Sequence record: OR885871
Reading direction: 5' to 3' (one strand)
Source: Escherichia phage vB_EcoM_JN03
Length of the DNA: 64,000 nt
Of the stretch, positions 56,168 to 64,000 are shown one piece after another. Under the pieces are notes generated by a model that did not search any database, was not told the DNA's origin, and saw only the letters and a program-made list of their open reading frames with translations. The position numbers and the translations under genes are program-made. Numbering within the stretch: position 1 is the stretch's first letter; every line of letters begins with the position of its first letter.

Positions 56168-56872
56168 ATGGCTAAGAACGCTATGGGTGAAGAAGACCCG
56201 TTGTTGCTTCCCGCCGAGATGGACGCCCCAGAACTGGTCAAGCGTTACATCCGCAAATATCGTCAACATTTTGGGCCGGAAGCGAAGCGTAATATCCGTC
56301 GTTCTCATGTGTGGTTTATGGAGCGCGTATCGAAAGATGCGAACTTATCTCCGAATCACATGATGAAAGCATTCGCTGAAAATAAACGTCCTGTTCAGGG
56401 TGTGCGTTATATTGTTGGTCGCATGTATTATTTCAAATATGATGCGCTGACTAAAGATGAACTCCCGTATTGGGATATGTATCCTCTGGTGTTCTTCTTC
56501 AATTTTGTGAAGGGGGATGGGGTGAAATTCGGTGAACGTGGTGTAACCTATCTTTATGGCCTAAACCTCCATTATTTACCGCCTAAACTCAGATTGTTGG
56601 TATTTGAAGATCTCATTAAATTGAGAAATGAACGGGCATATCGTTCTAAAACACGTTTGAGACTTACCTGGGATGCGCTAAAGCGGTTTGCGAATCACCC
56701 TTTGTACAATCATTGTGTGAAATTATACCGTGCAGATCAATTTCGTTCACAACTTTATGAAATTGAACCGCAATATTGGGAGGTCGTTTTGTTTATGCGT
56801 ACTGCTCGATTCCAGAAACAGAGTCAGATGTCTGTTTGGAAGGACGCACGTCGTAAACACAAAAATGGTTAG
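56168..56872 (+). CDS. hypothetical protein, 234 aa
   Basis: AAGGAG RBS 8 nt upstream; no family recognised; hairpin downstream. Confidence 0.55.
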   Translation: MAKNAMGEEDPLLLPAEMDAPELVKRYIRKYRQHFGPEAKRNIRRSHVWFMERVSKDANLSPNHMMKAFAENKRPVQGVRYIVGRMYYFKYDALTKDELPYWDMYPLVFFFNFVKGDGVKFGERGVTYLYGLNLHYLPPKLRLLVFEDLIKLRNERAYRSKTRLRLTWDALKRFANHPLYNHCVKLYRADQFRSQLYEIEPQYWEVVLFMRTARFQKQSQMSVWKDARRKHKNG

Positions 56873-56933
56873 TTCTAAAAGCCGTTCTACGTGATAATTC
56901 GCGAACGGCTTTCTATAAACATGAGGTTATGAT

Positions 56934-57680
56934 ATGTCACAGCTACATCGTATTTTTGGTATTGAATTCAGTTCTAATTGCGTTCGCTATGATCGCACCC
57001 ATAAAGATTCGGGTGGTAAAACCGGATATGAACTCGGTAGCCAGTTGGGATATTCCAAGGAACAATTGTTTAATCAGCACAGGCTGAATGAAACGGATCT
57101 TCTTAAGGTTATGGGTATTGAACTTGATTCCGAAGCCAGCTTGGATCTGGGCGACGAAATTCGTTTTGGCAAACCAGAAGCATTGGAATTCATTGAAGAC
57201 TTCGTTTCTGGTTATACCCAGGCCGCTACGAACCGCCGCGCTGCTAATGATGCAGTGGGTAAATTCTACTTTGCGGCGAAATATCTTGCCGACAAACGTA
57301 TACAGATGGAAGCGGAATTCAGTAAAGAAAATCTGAAAGCGGTTTTCGGCGAAGAAGGCGATTTCCGTTTAATGCCAGAATCTGGCACTGATTCAGCTCG
57401 TGATTTCTTTGAAAAACCATTTGTGGTCAAAGGCTGTAAAATTCTTACCGACGAAGACCACGCTTTCGCAATCCATACTGAAGTCGTTTACAATGAAGAG
57501 AATTGCCTTGTTATTTCCAGATTGTTCAACAGTCTGTCATATACAGCGTATTCTTTGATTGAACGTTGTATGGAAGAAGAGCATCGTCAGGTAGTGGTGA
57601 ACAAAATTCGCTTACATGTTGAGCAGAATTTTAACGGGTTTGGTTGTGAATCCGGCGAAATTCCTAATTTCTATCTGTAG
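56934..57680 (+). CDS. hypothetical protein, 248 aa
   Basis: ATG start after a hairpin. Confidence 0.5.
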   Translation: MSQLHRIFGIEFSSNCVRYDRTHKDSGGKTGYELGSQLGYSKEQLFNQHRLNETDLLKVMGIELDSEASLDLGDEIRFGKPEALEFIEDFVSGYTQAATNRRAANDAVGKFYFAAKYLADKRIQMEAEFSKENLKAVFGEEGDFRLMPESGTDSARDFFEKPFVVKGCKILTDEDHAFAIHTEVVYNEENCLVISRLFNSLSYTAYSLIERCMEEEHRQVVVNKIRLHVEQNFNGFGCESGEIPNFYL

Positions 57681-57697
57681 CACAAGCAGGGGGCTGT

Positions 57698-57985
57698 ATG
57701 AAGAAATATGTTCGCCTGAACACGGTACTGGAATCTGTAATCGAATATTTCATAATGCAGCACCTGAGAGCAGAAAATGATCATGTGAGCGATGCTTTGA
57801 CTTATGACCACCGGATAGTGGTTCATTCCGTCGAAATAGTGGACGACGAATTGTTGATTGCTAACATAGAACATGCTCTCTGGGATGAAGTGTTAGATCA
57901 GTATGTTCAACCGAAGTTCACACAGATCGAGTTGTCTGCCATGTGGCCACCTGAAACAGTTTTCAATATTGATATACAAAGTTAA
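57698..57985 (+). CDS. hypothetical protein, 95 aa
   Basis: ATG start. Confidence 0.4.
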   Translation: MKKYVRLNTVLESVIEYFIMQHLRAENDHVSDALTYDHRIVVHSVEIVDDELLIANIEHALWDEVLDQYVQPKFTQIELSAMWPPETVFNIDIQS

Positions 57986-58062
57986 TATTCACGCCAGTCC
58001 GCGCTGATACAGCGTTCCGTTGTCTAACACAGAAGTGTTAACCAACTTTTCAATAAAAAGTG

Positions 58063-58091
58063 GTTTACATCTTCTAAAAAGGCAGTATATT
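58063..58091 (+). promoter_or_regulatory. T4-type early promoter (GTTTAC, N17, TATATT)
   Basis: GTTTAC 58063-58068, 17-nt spacer, TATATT 58086-58091, about 70 nt upstream of the ATG at 58159. Confidence 0.5.
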
Positions 58092-58158
58092 AATGTTCCA
58101 GACGCACAGTTGAACATTAGACTGCCAAAGAAGGTTACTACACAAAAGGGTTTTTATT

Positions 58159-59118
58159 ATGTCCTATATTCTTCATATCGAGTCCGGCCTGAAATTTGAA
58201 ATTGATGGTAAAACCGCTGCTGATCTTCAAGCAGAAATCAAAGGTGCAGACCTTATCATTGGCAATGTAACATTACGCCGTATGATGGAAGGCGTCCTCC
58301 AGTCAGCCAACGGCTTTGAACTCATTGAAGGTCTGAGCCAGGAAGAGAAAGAAGAAACTCTCGAAGCTCTTGACCGCGCTGAAGCCGAAAAAGTTAAACC
58401 GACCGAAGATGCGGGGGTTAAACAGGGCGACGGTGAATCAAATCCGGTGATTGACGCCGAAGAAACGGTTGGGCAACCTGTCGGTGATCAAAATTCCCAG
58501 ACCGTCGAAGACGGTTCTCTTGAAGTCAACAAAGACGGTTCCATTTCCCTGGTAGTTGAAGGCGAAGAAGTTCTTGACGAAGAAGCGCAAGCCCGTGCTG
58601 AAGAAGTTCGCCGTCGCATGCTGGGCACAACCGTTGCTGAAGCAATCGCCGACGTTGAAAATCCGAAGGATGATCAGGCTTTAGCGAACGCGAAGGCGGT
58701 TCTGGCCAAGAAATCTTCTGAAATGCGCCCTGCATCTTCTACCGAAGAACGCAAGCGTCGTCATAACAAGCGTGAAGAAATGGTTGAAGCGGCTCGCGCA
58801 TCCAATTATGGTCCTATCCTGGCTGCGGTTGAATCGGGGGTTGTGCCTGGGGTTTATTTGAGCTATGTGAATCCGGATATGCGCTGGTTCCAGTTCCCTG
58901 TTACCGAATTGGCAGATGAAGCCAATCCACACGCCCGCACCAATACTTATGTTGATCTGGCGCCGATCGTTTCCGGCGGCTGGGGGTTCAGTCTGTATGT
59001 GAATGGTAAATCATTCACCAAACGCCAGAAAATCAAAGAAACTGATGCCGAATCTCTGGTGAAAGCAATCAATGAATGGTTACCACAGGCGTTGGCCGAA
59101 GCGAAAGCTGCTGCGTAA
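58159..59118 (+). CDS. acidic hypothetical protein, 319 aa, codon-optimised
   Basis: Own early promoter and downstream terminator; central region very rich in Glu/Asp. Confidence 0.55.
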   Translation: MSYILHIESGLKFEIDGKTAADLQAEIKGADLIIGNVTLRRMMEGVLQSANGFELIEGLSQEEKEETLEALDRAEAEKVKPTEDAGVKQGDGESNPVIDAEETVGQPVGDQNSQTVEDGSLEVNKDGSISLVVEGEEVLDEEAQARAEEVRRRMLGTTVAEAIADVENPKDDQALANAKAVLAKKSSEMRPASSTEERKRRHNKREEMVEAARASNYGPILAAVESGVVPGVYLSYVNPDMRWFQFPVTELADEANPHARTNTYVDLAPIVSGGWGFSLYVNGKSFTKRQKIKETDAESLVKAINEWLPQALAEAKAAA

Positions 59119-59145
59119 TTTAATTCAGAAGCGTTCAATAGATAA

Positions 59146-59175
59146 AGGGGCTGCTATAATAGCAGCTCCTTTTGT
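59146..59175 (+). terminator. rho-independent terminator
   Basis: AGGGGCTGCT-ataat-AGCAGCTCCT hairpin followed by TTTTGTTT. Confidence 0.6.
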
Positions 59176-59190
59176 TTATTGGAGCATGTC

Positions 59191-59853
59191 ATGTCTTATT
59201 CGCTCAAAGGGCTGTTGAAGCGCCCTGTGCATTTGTTTGTCAAACCACCTGCTGTAGAAGGGGAATATTCGGCACGAGGAGAGTTGTATTACATTAAAGG
59301 CTCCAATGGTAGTGGTAAGTCTACTGTGCCTTCTTATTTGGCGGAGAATGATCCTCAGGCGTATGTCGTAACCCATAACAGTAAGATCATGCTCACGGTT
59401 TGTCCATCTTACAATATTGTCTGTGTCGGTAAATATGACAAGTCTAAGTCCAAAGGGGTTGATTCTCTGAAGGATACTGAGCAGATGTTGTTCGCGTTGT
59501 CTATTGCTGACCAACCAGAATACCTGAAATATGATGTGATTTTTGAAGGCATCATTCCGTCTACATTATTGAGTTCTTGGATTCCCCGCCTGACACGCCC
59601 ACCACGTGAATTGGTCGTCCTCTTTATGGATACCCCTCTTGAAACCTGTATTGCCCGTGTTAAATCGCGTAACGGTGGCGCAGACTTCAATGAAAGTCTG
59701 GTGGTCGAGAAGTGGGAGAGAGTTCATGATCACCGTCAACGGCATAAAGGCTTGTTCCCTACCGTTCCCGCAGGTATGATGAAGTCCGATGGCCTGACTG
59801 TAGAGCAGGCTGTTTTTGCGTTTCTCAATCGTGATTTTGGGAGTATTGATTGA
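59191..59853 (+). CDS. P-loop kinase (candidate nucleotide or DNA-base kinase)
   Basis: Classical Walker A GSNGSGKST near the N-terminus; about 220 aa; first gene of the nucleotide-metabolism block. Confidence 0.6.
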   Translation: MSYSLKGLLKRPVHLFVKPPAVEGEYSARGELYYIKGSNGSGKSTVPSYLAENDPQAYVVTHNSKIMLTVCPSYNIVCVGKYDKSKSKGVDSLKDTEQMLFALSIADQPEYLKYDVIFEGIIPSTLLSSWIPRLTRPPRELVVLFMDTPLETCIARVKSRNGGADFNESLVVEKWERVHDHRQRHKGLFPTVPAGMMKSDGLTVEQAVFAFLNRDFGSID

Positions 59854-60893
59854 TGGAAATTTTTGCTCTAAATAATAATGACATGCTTAAGAAAGCTGTG
59901 TTGGCTATCCGTGAACACGGGATTGAGTCAGATCCTGGCAACGCAGAGATTAACACTGACGGCACTCGTTTTATTGATGGCGTGACGATTACGGTGGCTG
60001 ACCCTCGAGATCGTTGGTTATCTGTTGAAGGTCGTAATTCATCTGCGCTTGCTGCGATTGGTGAAACATTCTGGGTTCTGTCAGGCCGCAATGACATCCG
60101 TTTCCTTTCCCGAGTCCTCCCTCGTGCGGTCAACTTCTCGGATGATGGCGTAACGTGGCGTGGTGCTTACGGACCACGTCTGTACAACTATGGCCAGCTG
60201 GATAGTGTCATCAACCGTTTGCGCAATAACCCCAACACCCGTCAGGCGTATCTCACCATCTATGATCCAGCTCTGGACTCAGATGAAAGTTTGGCCGCGC
60301 ATAGTGAAACAGGAGAAGCCAAGACTAAAGACATGATCTGTAATCTGGCTTTATTGTTCAGTATAACAGAAGGGCGGTTGAACATCACGGTCATCAATCG
60401 AAGTCAGGATGTCCTCTGGGGTATGAGTTCAATCAACTTCATTGAATTCTCCATTTTGCAGGAAGTATTGGCGAAGGTGCTGAACGTGGAAGTCGGGAAT
60501 TATAAACTGTTCTCGAATAACCTTCACTATTATAACAACGAAGTCAGTCGGAAGCAACTCGGGAACATAACCAACAAGACCCGAACTTCTATTGGTATGT
60601 ACAATTCTTTGTTGGAATTCTCTTCGGAAAAGGTGAAATGTCAAGAAAACATCCAAAATCTGTTCCTCGGTGTACTTCATCGCTGTGACATTGGCAGTGA
60701 ATTTGGTAAAATCAGAGAGCATTTGAAGGAATATAACGCAGATACAGGTTTGATGATGGATATGTCATATTGTCTGTGGTGTCGCCTTAATGATACTAAA
60801 ATTGATAAACGTCGGATTGCTGATGATGGTCTTCGTAATGCGTTGTTGCAATCACCCGTTGACCGTAAACACATGTGGGGGTATGGGGAATGA
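59853..60893 (+). CDS. thymidylate-synthase-family pyrimidine hydroxymethylase (dUMP/dCMP hydroxymethylase-like)
   Basis: NPNTRQAYLTIYDP...C...RSQDVLWGM parallels T4 gp42 NPDSRRGIMIYTRP...C...RSNDVVFGF; an Asn lies near the base-specificity position (tentative). Confidence 0.7.
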   Translation: MEIFALNNNDMLKKAVLAIREHGIESDPGNAEINTDGTRFIDGVTITVADPRDRWLSVEGRNSSALAAIGETFWVLSGRNDIRFLSRVLPRAVNFSDDGVTWRGAYGPRLYNYGQLDSVINRLRNNPNTRQAYLTIYDPALDSDESLAAHSETGEAKTKDMICNLALLFSITEGRLNITVINRSQDVLWGMSSINFIEFSILQEVLAKVLNVEVGNYKLFSNNLHYYNNEVSRKQLGNITNKTRTSIGMYNSLLEFSSEKVKCQENIQNLFLGVLHRCDIGSEFGKIREHLKEYNADTGLMMDMSYCLWCRLNDTKIDKRRIADDGLRNALLQSPVDRKHMWGYGE

Positions 60894-61459
60894 AATACCC
60901 TAATCTAGAATTTTTTACGGGGCGCAAGCGCTCCGGCAAGGACTTCTGTTTGGAGTCCCTCATCAGCTTTCACCATTTACAGGGTGATATGGACATCCAG
61001 CGCTTATCTTTCTCAGACGAGTTGCGTCGGGTGGCTCATTACATCTATCCTTGGTTGCCAGAGGAAGTAGAGGACGACATCAAGGACTTGCCATATGTTC
61101 ACCCAGATAACCCCAAGGGATTAACCCCAAGGCAGATCTGGCTTCATCTCGGCAGCGATACGGGCTTGCGTTACGTACAACCAGACCTGTTTCTGTCATT
61201 CTTTAAACGATATCAACTTCCTTTGGTGGAACAGAACCCACACGTTCATTATATCGTGAGTGATTTGCGCACCCCTCAGGAATATGAATGGGCGCTGAGC
61301 ACTAAATGTCCCATCACCCGCATTTCAAAGGCGGATCGCGGTGGTATCATAGAGGATGACATTGAGGCTTTCATTGATAAGATGGAAGTTGATTATGAAT
61401 TTGTCAATCCGTTTGAAGGTTGGCAACCGTTCGTCAAATTTTATAGGGATCGGAAATGA
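60890..61459 (+). CDS. 1: deoxynucleoside monophosphate kinase (gp1-like)
   Basis: Unusual P-loop FFTGRKRSGKD matches T4 gp1 FLSGVKRSGKD; ATGA coupling to the hydroxymethylase. Confidence 0.7.
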   Translation: MKYPNLEFFTGRKRSGKDFCLESLISFHHLQGDMDIQRLSFSDELRRVAHYIYPWLPEEVEDDIKDLPYVHPDNPKGLTPRQIWLHLGSDTGLRYVQPDLFLSFFKRYQLPLVEQNPHVHYIVSDLRTPQEYEWALSTKCPITRISKADRGGIIEDDIEAFIDKMEVDYEFVNPFEGWQPFVKFYRDRK

Positions 61460-62001
61460 TCACAGCAGAGCATATTAAAAGTCTGCTCGAACTTCAAAAG
61501 GCCACCAACGTGGCCTATTTTGGGGAAGAGTGGAAGAAGCGCTGGACCGAAGTGGCGATAGCAAACTCCATCTATCGTGAGTGGGCAGAGTTTCTAGACG
61601 AAACAACCATAGACTGGAAGATCTATGGGGGTGGTAAGCATTGGCGACAAGTGGATGCCATATACGAGTTGGTGGACGTTGTTCACTTCATGCTCTGTGC
61701 TGTCCTGCAGGAGGAAGACAAACCACACGATATTCCAGAAATGGTGAGATTCGTTCAGGCGCAGCCAATTCAAACCCCTCACGACCTCAGGAAAGTGACT
61801 GAACTGTTCACGTATTTCATGTCACACCCTCTTCGGAATGTTTTGGCTACCTTCTTGGCAGCGGCTTGCGGATATTTGGGGCTGGATGCTGAGACCTACA
61901 TGCTGGCCCACAAGCGCAAGAACGATCGCAATCGTCTACGTGCTGCTGGCGGTGCGAACTATGATAAGTCCGCGGAAACCCCTTTGACTCTGGAGTTCTA
62001 A
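61456..62001 (+). CDS. all-alpha nucleotide pyrophosphatase candidate (gp56/dimeric-dUTPase-like)
   Basis: Position and size match T4 dCTPase; acidic helical segments (WAEFLDETTIDW...VDVVHFMLCAVLQEED); assignment tentative. Confidence 0.4.
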   Translation: MITAEHIKSLLELQKATNVAYFGEEWKKRWTEVAIANSIYREWAEFLDETTIDWKIYGGGKHWRQVDAIYELVDVVHFMLCAVLQEEDKPHDIPEMVRFVQAQPIQTPHDLRKVTELFTYFMSHPLRNVLATFLAAACGYLGLDAETYMLAHKRKNDRNRLRAAGGANYDKSAETPLTLEF

Positions 62002-62531
62002 TGTTTACAGTCGTCGTATCATATTACGCGGAACACGCCCCGCAAATGGCACAGAACTTTGCTGAGTTTATTAAACCTGGCAGACATGTCGTTATCGCGA
62101 CCAAATTCAACAAAGAACCAGATGGTGCGGCTACTGTAACGCAACATATTACAACACCAGAGCCGGAAACACTTTTTAAACGCATTGAAGATTTTGCTTT
62201 TGGCGGGGAAGAAATTCCAGAGTCATTACAGCATATCTATTTTGAAGATGCGATATATTATGTTCATGCTATTCCAAAGGATGTTACAACTGAACAAATG
62301 ATGTATATCCTGAATATCGCATTGAATGTTTCTTGTGTCAACAGGGCACAGCACAATCGTCTGCGTAATATGTATTTAACAGAACGCGGGGGTTCCGAAA
62401 TTAACGATGAAAAACTCCCGTCAATAATGGCGATTCATGAAGCAATCAATATATTGTCCAAGAAAGTCTTGGGCACCGATTTATTAATTACGATCAACAA
62501 GCAAGAGGAAACGAAATGGCCGATTCATTGA
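62001..62531 (+). CDS. hypothetical protein, 176 aa
   Basis: TAATG coupling to the upstream gene. Confidence 0.45.
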   Translation: MFTVVVSYYAEHAPQMAQNFAEFIKPGRHVVIATKFNKEPDGAATVTQHITTPEPETLFKRIEDFAFGGEEIPESLQHIYFEDAIYYVHAIPKDVTTEQMMYILNIALNVSCVNRAQHNRLRNMYLTERGGSEINDEKLPSIMAIHEAINILSKKVLGTDLLITINKQEETKWPIH

Positions 62532-63601
62532 TGGCTCGCATGCTCAAGACAGCAAAGAAACTGGACCCGAATGCCGAAGTGCTGTCAAAGACCGATGCGC
62601 TGAAGCCTGACATTATTTGCAGTACGGGTATTCCTATTCTGAATTTGGCCTGGTCCGGTCGTATTGATGGTGGTCTGATATCAGGCATCAAACAGTTGGT
62701 GGGGGATTCTCGTACATTCAAAACCATGTTTGGGCTGGTGGATGTTAAGGCTTACATGGATAAGTTTCCTGATGCAATTTGTATCTTCGCGGATTCAGAA
62801 GGCGGTGCGAATGAAAACTACTGGACATCTATGGGTATTGACATGGACCGTGTCTTGTATCTGCCGATTGAAAACGTTGAAAAGACGAAGATCAAGCTGA
62901 CACAGCTTCTGAACGATGCACAGAAAGGTGACAAGATCATCGTATTCATTGACTCAATCAGCCAGTTGCCGTCTACCAAAGAAGTTGATGATGCCATCGC
63001 GGGCAAAGACACGCAAGATATGACCCGCGCTCGCGCTCTCAATAGTTTTTGGCGTGTTATCACCCCGTTGGTCACTGAAAAGAAATTCGTTTTGGTATGG
63101 ATCAACTCGTACTATGATGAAATCGGGAACCAATACGCCGAGCCGAACATCAAAGGCGGTAAACAGGGGTTCCTGTCTTCTAACCAATTGTGGTTCATCA
63201 CGCGTTCTCAAGTTAAAGAAGACAAAGACCTTTTGGGATGGCAGTTTACAGTCAACATTATGAAAGGCCGCTTTGTCCGTGAAAAAGCCAAGTTCCCTGT
63301 CACTGTGTTGTATGAAGGCGGTATTGACCGTTGGTCCGGTATGTTAGAAATTGCGCGCATGCTGGGGTATGTGGATTTGGTGAGTGGTTCTTGGTATCAA
63401 CGCACTGCCAAAGGCGGGTTTGATCCAGAAAAAGAAAAGAAATATCGTAAGGCAGAGCTGGGGGATGACTTCTGGTATCCGCTGCTGGAAAACCCAGACT
63501 TTGTTGACGATGTGAACAACATGTTCGGTATCTCTCAGAGTTCGGTTATGCCTGCAGATATGCTGGAGCGCCTCGATAATGTCATCAAAACAACCGAGTA
63601 A
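62516..63601 (+). CDS. uvsX: RecA-like recombinase UvsX
   Basis: Walker A GDSRTFKT, DAICIFADSE and IIVFIDSISQL blocks, DMTRARAL and GIDRWSGMLE parallel T4 UvsX. Confidence 0.85.
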   Translation: MADSLMARMLKTAKKLDPNAEVLSKTDALKPDIICSTGIPILNLAWSGRIDGGLISGIKQLVGDSRTFKTMFGLVDVKAYMDKFPDAICIFADSEGGANENYWTSMGIDMDRVLYLPIENVEKTKIKLTQLLNDAQKGDKIIVFIDSISQLPSTKEVDDAIAGKDTQDMTRARALNSFWRVITPLVTEKKFVLVWINSYYDEIGNQYAEPNIKGGKQGFLSSNQLWFITRSQVKEDKDLLGWQFTVNIMKGRFVREKAKFPVTVLYEGGIDRWSGMLEIARMLGYVDLVSGSWYQRTAKGGFDPEKEKKYRKAELGDDFWYPLLENPDFVDDVNNMFGISQSSVMPADMLERLDNVIKTTE

Positions 63602-63908
63602 TATTGCAGGGGGAGGAGACTCCCCCGTTAATTACAAAATCATCGACCCTGGTTCTGATCAGTTAGCAATAATCGAAATAACGGAAGGCAAATTCCGTGG
63701 CGTTCAATTTCGTATAGGGAAAGTGGGTGTCCATTTAGATAATGGAGAGCCTCGGTTATCCTTTACAACAGATATATTGAAGAAACCATGGCGTTTGTTA
63801 TTTGTTAATTTGAAAGAAAATGACTTGTTCACTGTGGTGTCTGGGGATATCTTAGTTGATCTGATACAGCAAAATGCTCAGGATTACAACAAAATTTTGG
63901 TGGGGTAG
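63579..63908 (+). CDS. hypothetical protein, 109 aa
   Basis: ATG overlapping the uvsX 3' end. Confidence 0.4.
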   Translation: MSSKQPSNIAGGGDSPVNYKIIDPGSDQLAIIEITEGKFRGVQFRIGKVGVHLDNGEPRLSFTTDILKKPWRLLFVNLKENDLFTVVSGDILVDLIQQNAQDYNKILVG

Positions 63909-64000
63909 TTGCCAATGTTACTCGAATCTGTCGTGCTTTCCCAATTAATCTATAACGAAGAATATCAAAGAAAGATCCAGCCGTATTTGAAAGCCGATTA

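Noticed and set aside
56114-56308. Minus-strand gene starting at 56308 or 56269 and overlapping the plus-strand gene at 56168
   Set aside because: The upstream in-frame starts lack an RBS and would overlap a plus-strand gene with a strong AAGGAG RBS; an in-frame GTG at 56113 with GGAG and a TATAAATA motif upstream is more plausible.

Overview
This window reads as a densely packed, mostly plus-strand segment of a large T4-like (Tevenvirinae-type core) myovirus genome; nothing was searched, all calls come from reading the six-frame ORFs and the DNA by eye. Recognisable core genes are uvsW, sliding clamp gp45, clamp loader gp44/gp62, regA, late sigma factor gp55, gp47/gp46 (Mre11/Rad50-like), primase gp61, nrdA/nrdB plus a glutaredoxin-like protein, gp32, gp1-like dNMP kinase, a thymidylate-synthase-family hydroxymethylase, uvsX, RNase H, PhoH, an endolysin, and minus-strand baseplate genes gp5 and gp25 driven by TATAAATA late promoters. 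Gene order differs from T4: no DNA polymerase follows regA, and its place is taken by a MazG-like protein, a 407-aa orphan enzyme and a cluster of a codon-optimised 672-aa protein, a vWA/MIDAS protein and an ACP-like protein whose phosphopantetheine-attachment serine is replaced by aspartate. Other unusual content includes an HU-like protein beside a DinG/XPD-type Fe-S helicase, a membrane-protein plus SPFH-lipoprotein operon, a ParB-like nuclease followed by two secreted proteins, a GC-rich two-gene islet with a secreted lytic transglycosylase, and a nucleotide-metabolism block (P-loop kinase, hydroxymethylase, dNMP kinase, NTP pyrophosphatase) that suggests a modified-pyrimidine genome, possibly hydroxymethyl-uracil derived (inference). 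Early transcription appears organised as repeated terminator hairpins fused to T4-type early promoters ((G/C)TTTAC -35, TATNNT -10). No tRNA, rRNA, CRISPR array, transposase or integrase was seen. Coordinates of motifs read directly from the DNA may be off by 1-2 nt.
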